Numbered from the stretch's first letter, positions 1 through 11,785 are shown. The stretch: DNA of 32,000 bases from Candidatus Saccharimonadota bacterium (GCA_965231145.1 OZ246420.1:600001-632000); one strand, 5' to 3'. Made by a program: numbers and translations. Notes: a model not told the origin generated them from the sequence alone.

Positions 1-986
1 TCATTATATCATATTAATGAAGGTATATTATCAAATGTATCTCGAAGCTTTTGAATATAAATATTGTCCTGATGGAATGACGTAATGTAATCATTTAAAT
101 CCATAATACTTCCATAAATTTGATTTAATATCATCCGAAACAGAGCAAGATCTCCAACAGTAAATTCTCCACGTCATATACGAACGATAACATAAAACAT
201 AATACCAATACGTAGAATAGTGAAAGTAAATTTCTGCAAATCAAACGTTACAAGCATCTTTCTTGATTCTCTTGTTCGCATTTTATAAATCTTTCTGAAA
301 AATGAGTCTATTTTATCTGATTCGTAGCCAAGTTTATTGTTCTGTAAAATTTCAAATTTAGACATAATCATTCTCGTTGTATTTCTATCTAATTCTGTAG
401 ACAGATCTCTTCTTTCTTTTCTATATTTTGCCAATTTTTTATTGGCAAATTGTATAAATATAAATGAAGCTATAAAGATAACTACAAATGTGACAAAACC
501 TTTTCGTCAAAGATTGATTGCTACAACAACAAATCATGTTATAATTGACACTCACATTCTAATTGCACTTCAAAAGAGTGATTGAAGATTAAGTCTCCAG
601 GTAGGCAGTCATTTAGATATAATATTATTGATTCTTCACGTCCCTAAAGATTCAAAGCTATTATTATCTCCTATGGCATATTTAACGATATATTCTTGCC
701 ATAGATTTGATTCTATAGACCAACCCATTGTACTAGAAAGTTGACGAAAAAAGTATGCAGGCAAGTCTGATAGTGCGAAGACAACACCCATAACGACTAA
801 CCACGTATATACTATCTTCATATTTCCAACAGCTAGGCCATCAATCATTTGTTGCATTGCAATAGCTACTATGGATCCTTGTAATCCAACTTGGATAGCT
901 CTAATTGATATAATCGTAGCAGCTCACTTAAACCCACTAATCGGAGCGAAGAATCTTTTACACCATAATCGTCTAGATTCTTTCAT
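1..986 (-). CDS. ABC exporter, N-terminal transmembrane domain (MsbA-like); the 3' part with the ATPase domain lies beyond the window start
   Basis: Track ORFs 174-434 and 636-857 share one frame and join with no TAA/TAG once TGA is read as Gly. The translation MKESRRLW...SFESLGTGRINNIISKG...GRGEFTVGDLALF... shows the type-I ABC exporter TMD pattern. ATG at 986. Confidence 0.8.
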
Positions 987-1144
987 AGTTGCTTAGGTAA
1001 AATACATAAAATATGATGTGCTGCATAATACATACGAACTTTTAAAAACATAGATATAATAGCTCTTTTGTGACAACTATTGCCTAGCGTTTTTTTCCTG
1101 ATTTTACTTGTTTTCTTGAAAACTATGTTTATAGTGATATCATC

Positions 1145-1175
1145 AAAAAGAGAGAAACCGGCTCACACGTGCCGG
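1145..1175 (-). terminator. Rho-independent terminator downstream of tgt
   Basis: Hairpin ccggc-tcacacgt-gccgg at 1158-1175. On the minus strand it is followed by tttctctcttttt, 9 nt after the tgt TAA. Confidence 0.6.
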
Positions 1176-1183
1176 TTTTTTTG

Positions 1184-2344
1184 TTAGCTTTCTAAAATCT
1201 CCTTCTTGATCGTCTCTACTAAATTGTGCAGATACCAAATATTGTGCAATGAAAGCAATGTTCACGCCAGCATCTCGTTTTCTCTGACGAGATGGTGCAG
1301 ATATGCTTTTGTGTAGTTACGTGATACGATACAGTCGCTGTCAGGATCAAGCGGCGTATGATCGTCGCGATATTGTGCATTTGAAAGTTTGATATTTCCA
1401 TCTTTTGTCATCGCGACTCCGTGGCGTCCAAGTCTTGTCGGGAGGACACAGTCGAACATGTCGAAGCCGTTATCGATTGCATGACGAATCATGGCTTCTG
1501 TTCCAACTCCCATGAGATAGTGGGGCACAGCCTGCGGCAATTTTGGCCCGACAAATGAGACAATACGTGCTACATCGTCATGCGACTCACCCACGCTCAC
1601 TCCTCCCACTGCGATACCGTCAGTTGCAAATGGCGTCAATGCATCTATCGACTCCTGACGAAACTCTTCATAAAGTCCTCACTGAACGATAGGAAACAAG
1701 ACTCATTTTGCTTTGTCATAGACTTTCTGGAAGTGCTCGTATTGTTGTTTCGCCCGCTTATGCGTGAGATTCATCTGCTGCTTAAATTTCTTTTCTGAGA
1801 TACCCGGAGGCGAACACACATCGAGCATCATCATGATATCAGAACCTATGTTCATCTGGATATCCACACATCCTTCTGGTGAAAAGAAATGCTGAGATCC
1901 ATCGTGGATACTACGAAATTTAATTCATTCTGCCGTAATTTTCGAGAGCGGCTTTCTTTTCTTCACTCATTCTTCGTCTAGCCCTTGTCCCTTATCCCTC
2001 CCTTTTCCTCCTGTTCACAGCGAAAATGCCTGAAAACCTCCTGAGTCGGTCAGGATAAGCTGATTTCGATTTTCAAATGTGTGAATTCCTCCAGCTTCTT
2101 TGATAAGCTGGTCTCCGGGACGGAGATAAAGATGAAATGTATTTGCAAGGATGAGATTAATAGGCGGAACCTTTGTTCCCATGTAGTGTGGATCACGAAG
2201 CATATCGAGAACGAGGCCCTTCACCGTACCTTTCGTTCCCACCGGCATGAAAACCGGGGTTGTAAGCTTTACTCCATTGAGTTCGATCTCGCCTACTCTT
2301 GCATTTCCTCTTGTTTTCAGGATGCGGAATGATAACTTGGACAT
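1184..2344 (-). CDS. tgt: Queuine tRNA-ribosyltransferase
   Basis: [36 protein letters not shown][G]..FPIVQG[G]..[25 protein letters not shown][G]TLLSLHNIW. Six in-frame TGA codons, several at conserved Gly. TAA at 1184-1186. An alternative ATG lies at 2362. Confidence 0.92.
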
Positions 2345-2504
2345 ATATACTTTTATACACAAAAACTATAAAACAAATAGGTCATAGGTCATAAAAATTC
2401 CGTTCCTATGGACTATAAAACATACATTCAATTCTAATGATTAATAATGAGTTTGCCATATAAATTTAACATATAGAATTCAACATTTAAAATTATTTAT
2501 AGAA

Positions 2505-2948
2505 ATGTTAGACCAAATAAAAAAAACCATTACCACGAGATATAAACTTGAAGACGCCAAGGGTGTTTTTCTCTCTGCATTTGATAAAAAATGAAATCTC
2601 CTTACATCTCAGGGAGTGCTTCATACCGACAAAGACCTCTGAAGTGTCGTAGAAAAACTCTATAAAGGCTTCGCTGAAGATATGGTAAAAAATACGGGGC
2701 TTCTAACGATAGATATCGTGACCTCACTTTTTGAAGAAAGTAATATTTCTAAAATACCTTGAGTATCAGTCAAACAATACGGCTTCTATGTGATCGATGC
2801 AAACAATAAATCCGGCGTTATCCTTCCAAACACCAAGGGGATCGCTGACGCGAAGAACGCCCTGTACGTTCTCAAACAGAAATACGGTATCAGCGGCAAC
2901 GTTAAAGTATTTTTGTTTACCACAGATAGACTAATCGTCACACCATAA
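2505..2948 (+). CDS. Divergent AMMECR1-like domain protein (147 aa)
   Basis: 148 codons open with 3 TGA=Gly. GVFLSAFDKKGNLL.., IDIVTSLFEE, KQYGFYVID..SGVILPNTKGI resemble AMMECR1 blocks, but the LRGCIG cysteine is absent. Confidence 0.45.
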
Positions 2949-2966
2949 TTTTACTCTCTATGTCAT

Positions 2967-3167
2967 ATGATGGCAGATAGCAATAAAGCATTGTTTTGAG
3001 CTTTGAGTGATTTCCGAAAGACAGGAACACAGGAGCTGAGTAAAAATGTCTCATCGATCATGTCGACGCCTGCGACAAAAGACGCTCCGAAAAGTGGCAA
3101 TATGATCACACCTGCACTGGAGAAGTGGGAGAAGGATGTGATTGAGCAAAGGAAGTATTCTCAATAA
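2967..3167 (+). CDS. Small hypothetical protein (66 aa)
   Basis: ATG ATG GCA.. open to TAA at 3165 with one TGA=Gly. No recognisable domain. Confidence 0.3.
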
Positions 3168-3279
3168 CCAAAAACATAAAACTGAAAACTAAAATCTCTT
3201 CTGCTGATTTTCCATCAATAATTTTACCTATAAAAGGGTTTGAGATTTAAGATTTGAATTTTTAGTTTTAAGATATGCG

Positions 3280-4173
3280 ATGAAAAAAGCATTGGTAATA
3301 GTACTATTTGCTGGGTTGTATATATGGTGAATAACTCATGGATATGTTGCTCCTATGTGGGCAGGACGGATGTTTGCTACAGCGCTGCTGTACATCCTCA
3401 TGCACTATGTGACGCTCTCATGGCGCGATACGGTACATGCATACTGATGGGCGATACGGATTTTCATCCTCAGCATGACGGGCTTTGTCATGATTCACTC
3501 GAACAACGTGTGGCTATGAATCAGCGTATTGCTCTGGCATACAGCGCTCCGAACAGTAATTCATTCACTGGAAGATGATCTCTATAATCGCAGAAAATTT
3601 AAGATGACAGAGTTCTTCCAGACATGAGGCGCATTATTCTCTGTGTTCTTTACGCTTAGCTTCATCACCGCATTCATCGGAAGAAATCAACAGTTTACCC
3701 TTACCTGTGATCAAATCATTACGGCGTCAACGAGTGTGATTTCATATGGCCAGGAAAAATTTGACATTAGCGTCAATCAGGTTGATACATGGGTAGATGA
3801 TCTCATAATTTATATTTGAGGTCCTGCAAGCGGAGAACATGAAATGAATGAACAAAATACTACCTATGCATCTGGTTCACTTATGGGTATCATTTCACAA
3901 TACAAACAACAGCTTGTCGATGCAACGATTTCAAACCAACAAAATGTAAATGAAAAAGTATGTCAGGTGTTTATTGATCAGATCAAAGATCTCTATGAGA
4001 AACCTGGTTTCAGAGTATCGGTCATCGTACTTATGTTCTTGTTTATATCACCGCTGTTAAGAATTACGCTCTACATCATCAGTGGGATTAATATGCTTAT
4101 ATTCATTCTGCTGAGAAAGATGGGAGCTTATAAGATAACAAAAGAAACGGTAGAAGTGGATAAGATCATATAA
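3280..4173 (+). CDS. Hypothetical multi-pass membrane protein (297 aa)
   Basis: 298 codons with no TAA/TAG and about 7 TGA=Gly. Same frame as track ORF 3844-4173. Hydrophobic segments include MKKALVIVLFAGLYIWG.., ..FILSMTGFVMI.., ..ALFSVFFTLSFITAFIG.., ..VIVLMFLFISPLL.. Confidence 0.6.
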
Positions 4174-4214
4174 TAATTCAAAAATCAGAATTCAGAAAGC
4201 GAAATTACATACAT

Positions 4215-4245
4215 AAAAAACTCAGCGCGATGCTGAGTTTTTTTA
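4215..4245. terminator. Bidirectional rho-independent terminator between the convergent membrane-protein gene and lexA
   Basis: aaaaaa-ctcagc-gcga-tgctgag-ttttttt: hairpin at 4221-4237 flanked by an A-run and a T-run. Confidence 0.65.
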
Positions 4246-4270
4246 TTTAATGAGTTATTCGTAGTTGCAT

Positions 4271-4867
4271 TTAGAAGTATCTGCGGAATGTTCCTACGAC
4301 TTTACCGACGATTTCCATGTTGTGTTCCGGGTAGATCGGAGAGAAATCTGGGTTTGCTGGTTCGAGATATTTCTTTCACTGTTTGTCCTTTGCGAAATAT
4401 TTTACGGTAAAGGTATCCGTACCGTCAACGAGAGCGACGACGATATCTCCGACTGAAGGATTTTTAAGCGCCTGGTCCACGATCACAACGTCTCCGTCCA
4501 TGATACCTGCGTCTTTCATGCTCTCACCTTTTACTTTTACGAGAAATGTCGTCTGCGGTTTCTTCACGAGAAAGCCCTGGATATTGATCTCTGCCTGCAC
4601 CTCATCAGTGGCAGCAGTAGGCATACCAGCCTGGACGTACTCGTAGAGCGGAAGCGCCCCAAGTTTATCCGTAGCGACGTAATCATCTCCAAGCTTTCTG
4701 ACATAGCCTTCCTTCTCAAGACCTTTCATGAAAAGATGGATCCCGCTTTTTGAAGCAAGCCCAAACATATCCATGAGCATACTAAATGATGGGATACTAT
4801 AGTGCTTAAAATAGTACTCTTTCAGTTTCATCAAACGCTGCTGGAACTTATCGTATATATCGTGCAT
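4271..4867 (-). CDS. lexA: LexA repressor (S24 peptidase)
   Basis: N-terminal wHTH, cleavage-site-like VQA-GMP, GESMKDAGIMDGD (Ser nucleophile) and TVKYF (Lys). Track ORF 4376-4894 extends through one TGA=Gly to TAA at 4271. Start 4867 (MHDIYDK) is preferred because the ATG at 4894 lies inside the SOS box. Confidence 0.88.
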
Positions 4868-4885
4868 GGAGAGACACATAAAGAA

Positions 4886-4903
4886 ATAGAACATCTGTTC
4901 TAT
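4886..4903. promoter_or_regulatory. SOS (LexA) box of the GAAC-N4-GTTC type
   Basis: atAGAACatctGTTCTat has perfect 7-bp inverted arms. It lies 19 nt upstream of the lexA ATG and overlaps the putative -10. A second one-mismatch site, gaccaatcgttc, lies at 4927-4938. Confidence 0.6.
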
Positions 4904-4926
4904 ATTCCTTTTTCCGACAATTACAA
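4899..4926 (-). promoter_or_regulatory. Putative lexA promoter
   Basis: Minus strand TTGTAA (4926-4921), N16, TATAGA (4904-4899). The -10 is embedded in the SOS box. Confidence 0.4.
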
Positions 4927-4955
4927 GACCAATCGTTCTATTTTATACCGTTTTC

Positions 4956-5201
4956 TTATTTTTTATTTATTATCTTCATTTTCTGATCTTTAGAGAGTTG
5001 CTTGATCTCCCATTCTTTTTTACACGCCGACGATCTTGTCCTGCTAGCGCACGACCAGACCAGCTTGACTGGTCTTCTGGCTTTTGTATAGGCTGCTCAT
5101 TTTGGACTGAAATTATGCTCCTCTACCCTTCTTGCAAGGTCTGTAGCGACACCGGTATATAAAGTCTTATCTGCGCATTCGAGGATATATGTGTGTCGCA
5201 T
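4956..5201 (-). CDS. GIY-YIG nuclease-family protein (UPF0213/YhbQ-like, 81 aa)
   Basis: [31 protein letters not shown][G][14 protein letters not shown]. One TGA falls at the conserved Gly. Confidence 0.8.
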
Positions 5202-5208
5202 AATTCGA

Positions 5209-5610
5209 TTATTTCTTTAAAAGATACTTATCTGTTAGTCACCTCCCTCATTTGAATACAAATATTCCCGTTCACGTAAGAGCAGCCAACAAAATGAAAT
5301 AGTAAATAGAAAAAATAAAAAGCTGGATACTTCCTACATCAAATGGCTTAAATATGACCGCAAGTTCTCATGCTTTATTGAAAAGATCAGCCAATAAGTA
5401 TAATTTTTCAGTTAGTAGAGATCGCATGATAAAAATCACATTAATGATGATACCTACTATCATATAGTGTAGTCATTTTTGCAGATCTGTTTGTTTATCG
5501 AACTTTTTATAAAGCCAGTAATCCTTTTTTCATAGTAGTTCTACGAAAAGATATCCTATACACATGATAAGTAAGAGAAAGACGAAACCTCAAAGTCAGT
5601 TAATTTCCAT
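5209..5610 (-). CDS. Hypothetical small membrane protein (133 aa)
   Basis: 134 codons in about 30% GC DNA with no TAA/TAG and about 9 TGA=Gly. Hydrophobic stretches: [45 protein letters not shown]. Confidence 0.45.
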
Positions 5611-5635
5611 AATTATCTATACATTAAATAAAATC

Positions 5636-6328
5636 TTACTGTAAACTCATACCATATTTTTTCATCCGCGCCATAGCGTCTTTATAGCTTGGATACAGCT
5701 CCTCTACTACCGCCCAAAATCTCTTCGAATGATTCATCTCTTTCAGATGCACTAATTCGTGACAGATAACATATTCTATAATCTCTTCCGGCATCTTAAT
5801 CAATTTCCGATTTAATCATATATTCTTTTTCGATGAGCAGGTTCACCATTTGGTTTTTTGGTCTCTGATATAGAGCTTCTCATAGTGGAGTTTGTGCTTC
5901 TGAGCGAGCTGGGAGAGTTTTTTCGACAGATAGTCCTTCGCATAGGATTTGTATCGTTCTTTCTGTTTGGTCTTGTGTAACAGATCAACTCAACTATAGA
6001 TAACTTTCTCCTCGTGTTCTACGACCGTTTTCTGTTTCAAGGCGGGTTCGTATGTAAAGGCATATGCTACGCCATAGAGTAATATTTCGTTCTCCCCTAC
6101 CGGCAACTGCTCTTTTGCTTTTTTGACTCTTGCCAGCGCCTTTTCGATCCGGTCTTTTCTGTCTTTGATAAATGAATTTATATAGGCATCCGACAAACGC
6201 TTTGGAGCTGAAACTATGACCTCTCCGGATGGGAGGACACGGATGCGAAGAGATTTGATGGGTTTGCGGTGGATTGTGAGGGGCATAGAAAATTTTCTAA
6301 TTTTATCAAAAACTAATCGCTTAATCAT
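5636..6328 (-). CDS. DUF45/YgjP-like (M48-type) zinc metallopeptidase
   Basis: ..RDQKTKW[G]TCSSKKNI[G]LNRKLI..YVICHELVHLKEMNHSKRFW.. (HExxH motif). The ATG at 6328 overlaps the hsdR stop by 8 nt. Confidence 0.8.
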
Positions 6329-9158
6329 TTACAGGATTTCCCACTCCCGTAATATACGTCTCTACAAAATATAAAATCTTTTTCGTAACTCTAGACACGA
6401 TCTTAGCACGTTCAAGGAGTTTTAGCTTAAAATTTAATGCTGCTATGATATCGTCGCGCAGTGGCTTCTTTTCGGTAAAAATATAACCTTCAATAATTTT
6501 CGCCAACTTTTCAGGTATAAGTTTTTCTTCTTTACATAGTTTATCAAATGCCTCTTTCTTTTGTTCATCTCGGAAAACATAAAAAGCATCTTCTATATCA
6601 TTTGCACCATCAATTTGAGGCAAATTTTTTTCCATAAATTTTTCTATAAGCTCTCTCTTACTACGTAATGTCGTATCAGAAGCAATCGTCTTCATAATAC
6701 CTTTATACTGTTTATCTGCCTCACCTGAATTATTATTTTTCAATTGTTCTAACTTAAGTTTAGCTAATAATCTTAATATATAAGCCACGTTTACATCATC
6801 GCGATGAATTAATTCAATTTCAAAATCCACGTCATTGAGAATAGAGGCCTTTTCTTTCTTGTTAGCTAATCTTACTTTATCATAAATATCTAAATATTTG
6901 CTTTTATAATCCTCAAACCTTTGTTCATCTATCTTAAGGTCACCAAAATTGAAATCAGCAAATCATCATAATATATTTTTAAGACGAATGAGTTCACGGA
7001 ATATTTTAATAAATAAAAGTTCTTCCTCTTCGTCTTCTAAATAGCTAACGCTTTCTACCGTGGGAACGACATCTGTAAGATCCTTTAATCTTCTATTAAA
7101 TTTTTCTACATAACTTTCATATGGTTCCATCAAAACAACTTCAATGGCTTCTTTGTTTGAGAAAAGAGTAATGGCGTCATCCGTTGCTTTTTTGAGATTG
7201 CGGAAAGAAACTATATTCCCCTGAGATTTCTTTTCATTGAGGATACGATTTGTACGAGAAAATGCTTGTATGAGACCATGATATTTAAGGTTTTTATCTA
7301 CGTAGAGAGTATTGAGAGAAGGACTATCAAATCCTGTCAGAAACATATTTACCACAAGCAAAATATCAATCTTCCTCGCTTTTACCTGCTTTGCAATATC
7401 CTTATAATAATTGTAAAATGACTGAGTATCTTTTGTAGAAAAATTAGAACCAAACATGCCGTTATAATCATTAATGTATTCATCTAATTTTTCTCTGCTA
7501 TGTTTATTTACTGGTATATTATCTTCTATAGTCAATTCATCTGGCAGTAAACCATTTGCATCTGCATCTTCCTCATTTGCAGCATATGAGAAAACCGTAG
7601 CTATACGAAGATTAGTCTTTTTCTGCTTAAATATATCATAATACTTGACCAGTGAATCAACACTACCTACACAAAACATAGCAGTAAATTCTTTGCCATG
7701 GGTCTTACGCTCATGATTTGCAATGATATAATCGACTATTTTCTCTAAGCGTGCTGGAGATTCCAAGAGTTCCTTCGTATCTATGTCCTCGACCTTTATA
7801 TCTATTTCATTTCTACTTCCCTCTTTTTCTTTATATTTACCCACATATTCTATAGAAAACTTCAGGACATTTTCATCTTTAATGGCATCTGTTATCACGT
7901 ATTTGTGCAAACACTCCCCAAAGAGGTCTTTTGTGGTTTTTCCTTTACTATGATTTTCTGCTAAGATGGGCGTTCAAGTAAATCCAAACATCTGATGATT
8001 GGTAAAAAACTCTTTAATACGCCTATGCGTATCTCCAAACTGGCTACGATGACACTCATCAAAGATGAATACCACACGCTCATCTTTAATTTTTTCCATT
8101 TTTGCACCATAACGTATTTTGCTAATTGCAGTGTTGAGTTTCTGGATAGTTGTAACTACGAGTTTTGTGTCATCAGTTAATTGTTTTACCAGGGTTCTTG
8201 TATTATCAGTTCCATCAACACTTCATTTTGAAAAACTATTAAACTCTATTATCGTTTGAGAGTCTAAGTCTTTTCTATCTACCACAAAAACCACCTTAGT
8301 CACCTCTGGTATATCATCAATTATCTGACTTGCTTTAAATGAGGTAAGGGTCTTTCCCGAACCAGTAGTATGCCAGATATATCCATTATTTTTACCATTC
8401 TTAACTCTTTCTACTATCGCTTCGACAGCATAGTACTGATATGGACGAAGCACCATCAGTATCTTTGTTTCTGCCAAGACTGTATACTTTGTAATCATCT
8501 TTGAAAGATGACAAGGCTCAAGAAACTCTTTTGTAAATCTTTCCAATTGAGTAATAACTTTATTTTCTCTGTCAGCCCGGTAAAACGTCTGTTTAAATGA
8601 TTGATTTTTATTGTTTGCATAGTACTTGGTATTTACACCGTTACTTATCACAAAAATCTGGATATACTGAAAAAGACCATATGAACTATCATATGAGTGT
8701 TTTTGATAGCGATTGGTCTGATTGAATGCTTCTTTAAGCTCTAACCCTCTCCTCTTCAGTTCTACTTGAACAAGAGGCAATCCATTAATAAGAATGGTTA
8801 CATCATAACGATTTTTATACTTTCCTTCTTGGGTTACTTGATTTGTAACCTGGTACTCGTTTTGACACCAATTCTTCTGGTTGATAAACTCAAGGTAGAT
8901 GCTCGTTCCATCTTCCTTTGTAAGTTGCATCTTATCTCTCAGTATTTTTGCCTTCTCAAAGACATTTCCTTTACTCAGATGATTGAGCACCATAGAAAAC
9001 TCCTTCTCTGTCAGCTTTACCTTATTGTGAACTTCTAGCTGTATTTTCAGGTTTGCCAAAAGTTCGGCTTCATCGCGTATAGTGATACGTGTGTATCATA
9101 GTGTTTCGAGCTGCTTGAGGAGTTCCTTTTCGAGGATAAGTTCGGATTGAGTGGTCAT
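6321..9158 (-). CDS. hsdR: Type I restriction enzyme, R subunit (945 aa)
   Basis: [20 protein letters not shown][G]YT.., [34 protein letters not shown][G]TPI, and C-terminal ..LKNIL[GG]FADFNFG... Track ORFs 6321-6830, 6966-7910 and 8223-9059 are one frame. Confidence 0.95.
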
Positions 9159-9163
9159 ATTAC

Positions 9164-9967
9164 TTACTTTTCATAATGTAAATTCTTTAAGTCTTTAACA
9201 TTATCTTCCGAAGCAATAATTAAATACAAAGATTCAGCTATTCATTTTTTTATAACCCCAGGAGCTCATCAATATGTAATAATTTTAGGGTTATAAGCAC
9301 GAGGATCTTTTACACAAACTATTCATATACAATACGGAATATGATCTGGTGTTTGTAATATTTGTAAAGGAATCTTTCAATATTTAGGATAAATTTTATA
9401 AGAATTATTTAAAATATTTTTGTTTTTGAGAATATGAAATCATTCTACAACATAATTATACTTATTATTCTTCTTTGACAAGTCTATAATTAAGCCTTTT
9501 TGAATTAACATATAGTTTTTACTCAATTGTTTCTCATCAAACAAGCTTATAGTAGGTAAATCCTTCAATATCTCAATTCATATATTAAATATGAAGATTG
9601 GACCTCAATCATTTGTAGATGATAAAAGATTATAAGACTCAATACTTAATCATTTTGCTTTATTAGCTTCGTCAAATCATGATAAAATTCAATATCATGA
9701 GATTTGTGCCTTTCATGATATATGATGTGATATCTTAGGTTTAAAAACTTCGATTTTGTATGTATGTTTATCATCTCTTTTCACATTACATGTTTCTTCA
9801 CGTCACATATTCATTGGTATTCAAATCTTTGTAGCAATATATTTATGATCTCTATCTAACACATCATTAATATAGTATGATCAATCTGATAGATATCAAA
9901 TATTAAATAATCTATAAGTATTATTTTTATGATTCAAACATATCCTATAACATAAATTGTTCTTCAT
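9164..9967 (-). CDS. Orphan protein (267 aa) encoded between hsdS and hsdR
   Basis: 268 codons in very AT-rich DNA with no TAA/TAG and about 20 TGA=Gly. The gap to the hsdS stop is 11 nt and the gap to the hsdR ATG is 5 nt. No domain recognised and no P-loop. It is absent from the ORF track. Confidence 0.6.
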
Positions 9968-9978
9968 CTTATTCTATG

Positions 9979-11142
9979 TTAAATAAACATCTTCTGCAAC
10001 AAACCTTTCTTCCAAACTTTCATCTTCTCTATTTGCTCCTCTACTTTTTCTATTTTCTTATCAAGAGCAGAAAGGGAATTTGCTATCTTTTGTTGCTCAA
10101 TTATAGAAATAGGGTATGGGATGCTTTGCTCTGTCACTGTTCACTTTGAGAGACCGATTTGAGCCGTTCAGTTAGCTTTTTTTCTAAATGACATATTAAT
10201 TTCATAACTATTAATTACAAAGAACAGATATTTTATATCAATACTGATATTAGTTAGTTGATATACATGATCTCAGCAAATATATTTATTATTTTCTGGG
10301 ATTTGTACTACTTTCCCTATAATATTTCCTCATCCAATATCATCCTTTGCCATTACAAGATTAGATATAGATAATATATCACCATCAAAGTTTGTCTTCT
10401 TATTAGGAATCAATCTATAATTACTGCCTATAGCTCACATATCAACGATCACATATTTACCTGTATCTTCTATATACTTACTTTTTGATCAACATGAAAT
10501 CACATCACATATTTTTCATAACTTTGTTCTTTTTCGCTCAGAAAACCCTTTCCCCTTCTCATCCCTAAAACGGATTTTCTGACTAAAAATTAGCTGTATA
10601 ACTCACTTTTTATATCTTTCTAATTGTTCTTTTTTCTGAGAAAGTTGTTGGATTTTCTGTTCAACTATGGAAAAGAATTTGGCTATTTTCTTCTGTTCAT
10701 TACTATCTGGCATATGAATAGACAAGCTCTTTAACTGTCAACCCGTTATTAGAGGTTGTCCTGATCAAAAAACTAGCCTATTTAAAACATTTTTTATAAG
10801 AACTATATATATGTAATCTATATTTACATCCTTTTTAAGCCTTAATATAAGGGCATTATCAGATACTCAATATTGTCATTCAACTTTATAAATAAATCAT
10901 GCATTAGCTCATACTCTCGCGATTAATATATTTTTTCATTCATATTCAAAAGATTTTGACAATCCTAAAACACCTGTTGAGCCATAAATATAATATTTTC
11001 CACTTTCATTTGATTGAGTTCATGATCTACCAGATGATATCGATTCAGCGACTGCTTCGAGCCTTATTTTTTGCCATTGTCAATTAAACCCAGGAAAACG
11101 AAGTGTAGGAATAATGTTTTCTGCCTTTACCGCCTTACTCAT
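9979..11142 (-). CDS. hsdS: Type I R-M specificity subunit (387 aa, two TRDs)
   Basis: [20 protein letters not shown][G]QW.., ..VF[G]SGQPLIT[G]GQL.., central [21 protein letters not shown][G][12 protein letters not shown], ..AN[G]TAQIGLSK[G]TV.., C-terminal [30 protein letters not shown]. About 17 in-frame TGA. No ORF appears in the track. Confidence 0.92.
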
Positions 11143-11257
11143 AGGAAATTACCATAATATAAAGGATTTGCATTTTTGAGTATTTTGTTTATTATCATAG
11201 TGTATCACCACAAAAGGGCTCCAAAAAGTGTTAGTACTTGAGGAAACCCTTTTTTTG

Positions 11258-11785
11258 TTATGTTAAATGTTTCTTTTGATAGCTTATCTTGTCTTGGGCG
11301 TTTTTTAAATAGTAATAATAAGTATTTCCCAATTTATTATACAGTGACGAATGATTAGCATTTGGAAATATAATCTTTTCAAAAACTCATTTCTTAATAA
11401 GGTAATCTACTACTTTCTTATAGTCACCATCTCATGAAACTAAGACCATCTTATTCCATGTACCCTTTGGATCATCTATCAGCTTCTTCATCATAGAAAA
11501 TACTATATCTACATCTACGTTGCCTTTTTTCTTCCCCTTAAGCGCTGAGGTATGTTCCCTAAATGACATGATAAATCATGCTTTTTGTATGTTATCATAT
11601 AAGTCTTGCTCACTTTCATCAACACATCCCAAAAAATAATATGCCTCCTCTATCTGGAATTTATCCTTTAGAAAGATTCTAAATTTTTTGAAATCTATCG
11701 CTCGTCATTCTGACTTTATTCATAGATGTAAATTCTGACCATCTATAAAAGCAATATTATATAATTTGGGAGTTTGTTGAGACAT
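11258..11785 (-). CDS. NYN/LabA-like (PIN-fold) ribonuclease domain protein (175 aa)
   Basis: ..LYNIAFIDGQNLHL[G]IK.., ..KGNVDVDIVFSMM.., ..MVLVS[G]DGDYKKVVDYLIKK[G].. match the NYN acidic motifs. 176 codons open with 6 TGA=Gly. Confidence 0.75.

Noticed and set aside
3179-3268. Imperfect inverted repeat (aaaactgaaaactaaaatctc ... gagatttaagatttgaatttttagtttt) upstream of the 3280 gene
   Set aside because: Only about 7 contiguous base pairs. The rest is low-complexity A/T sequence that pairs by chance, so it is not convincing as a structured element.
3324-3578. Track ORF (84 aa, plus strand) overlapping the membrane-protein gene in another frame
   Set aside because: The alternative frame (3280-4173) stays open for 298 codons under code 25, is hydrophobic and TM-like, and is continuous with track ORF 3844-4173. 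The 3324 ORF is an overlapping-frame artefact.
9979-11142. Phase-variable hsdS shufflon (extra hsdS copies, inverted repeats, adjacent recombinase)
   Set aside because: Only one hsdS is present, with two different TRDs. I saw no silent hsdS fragments or inverted repeats in the array, and the recombinase remnants lie 14 kb away.
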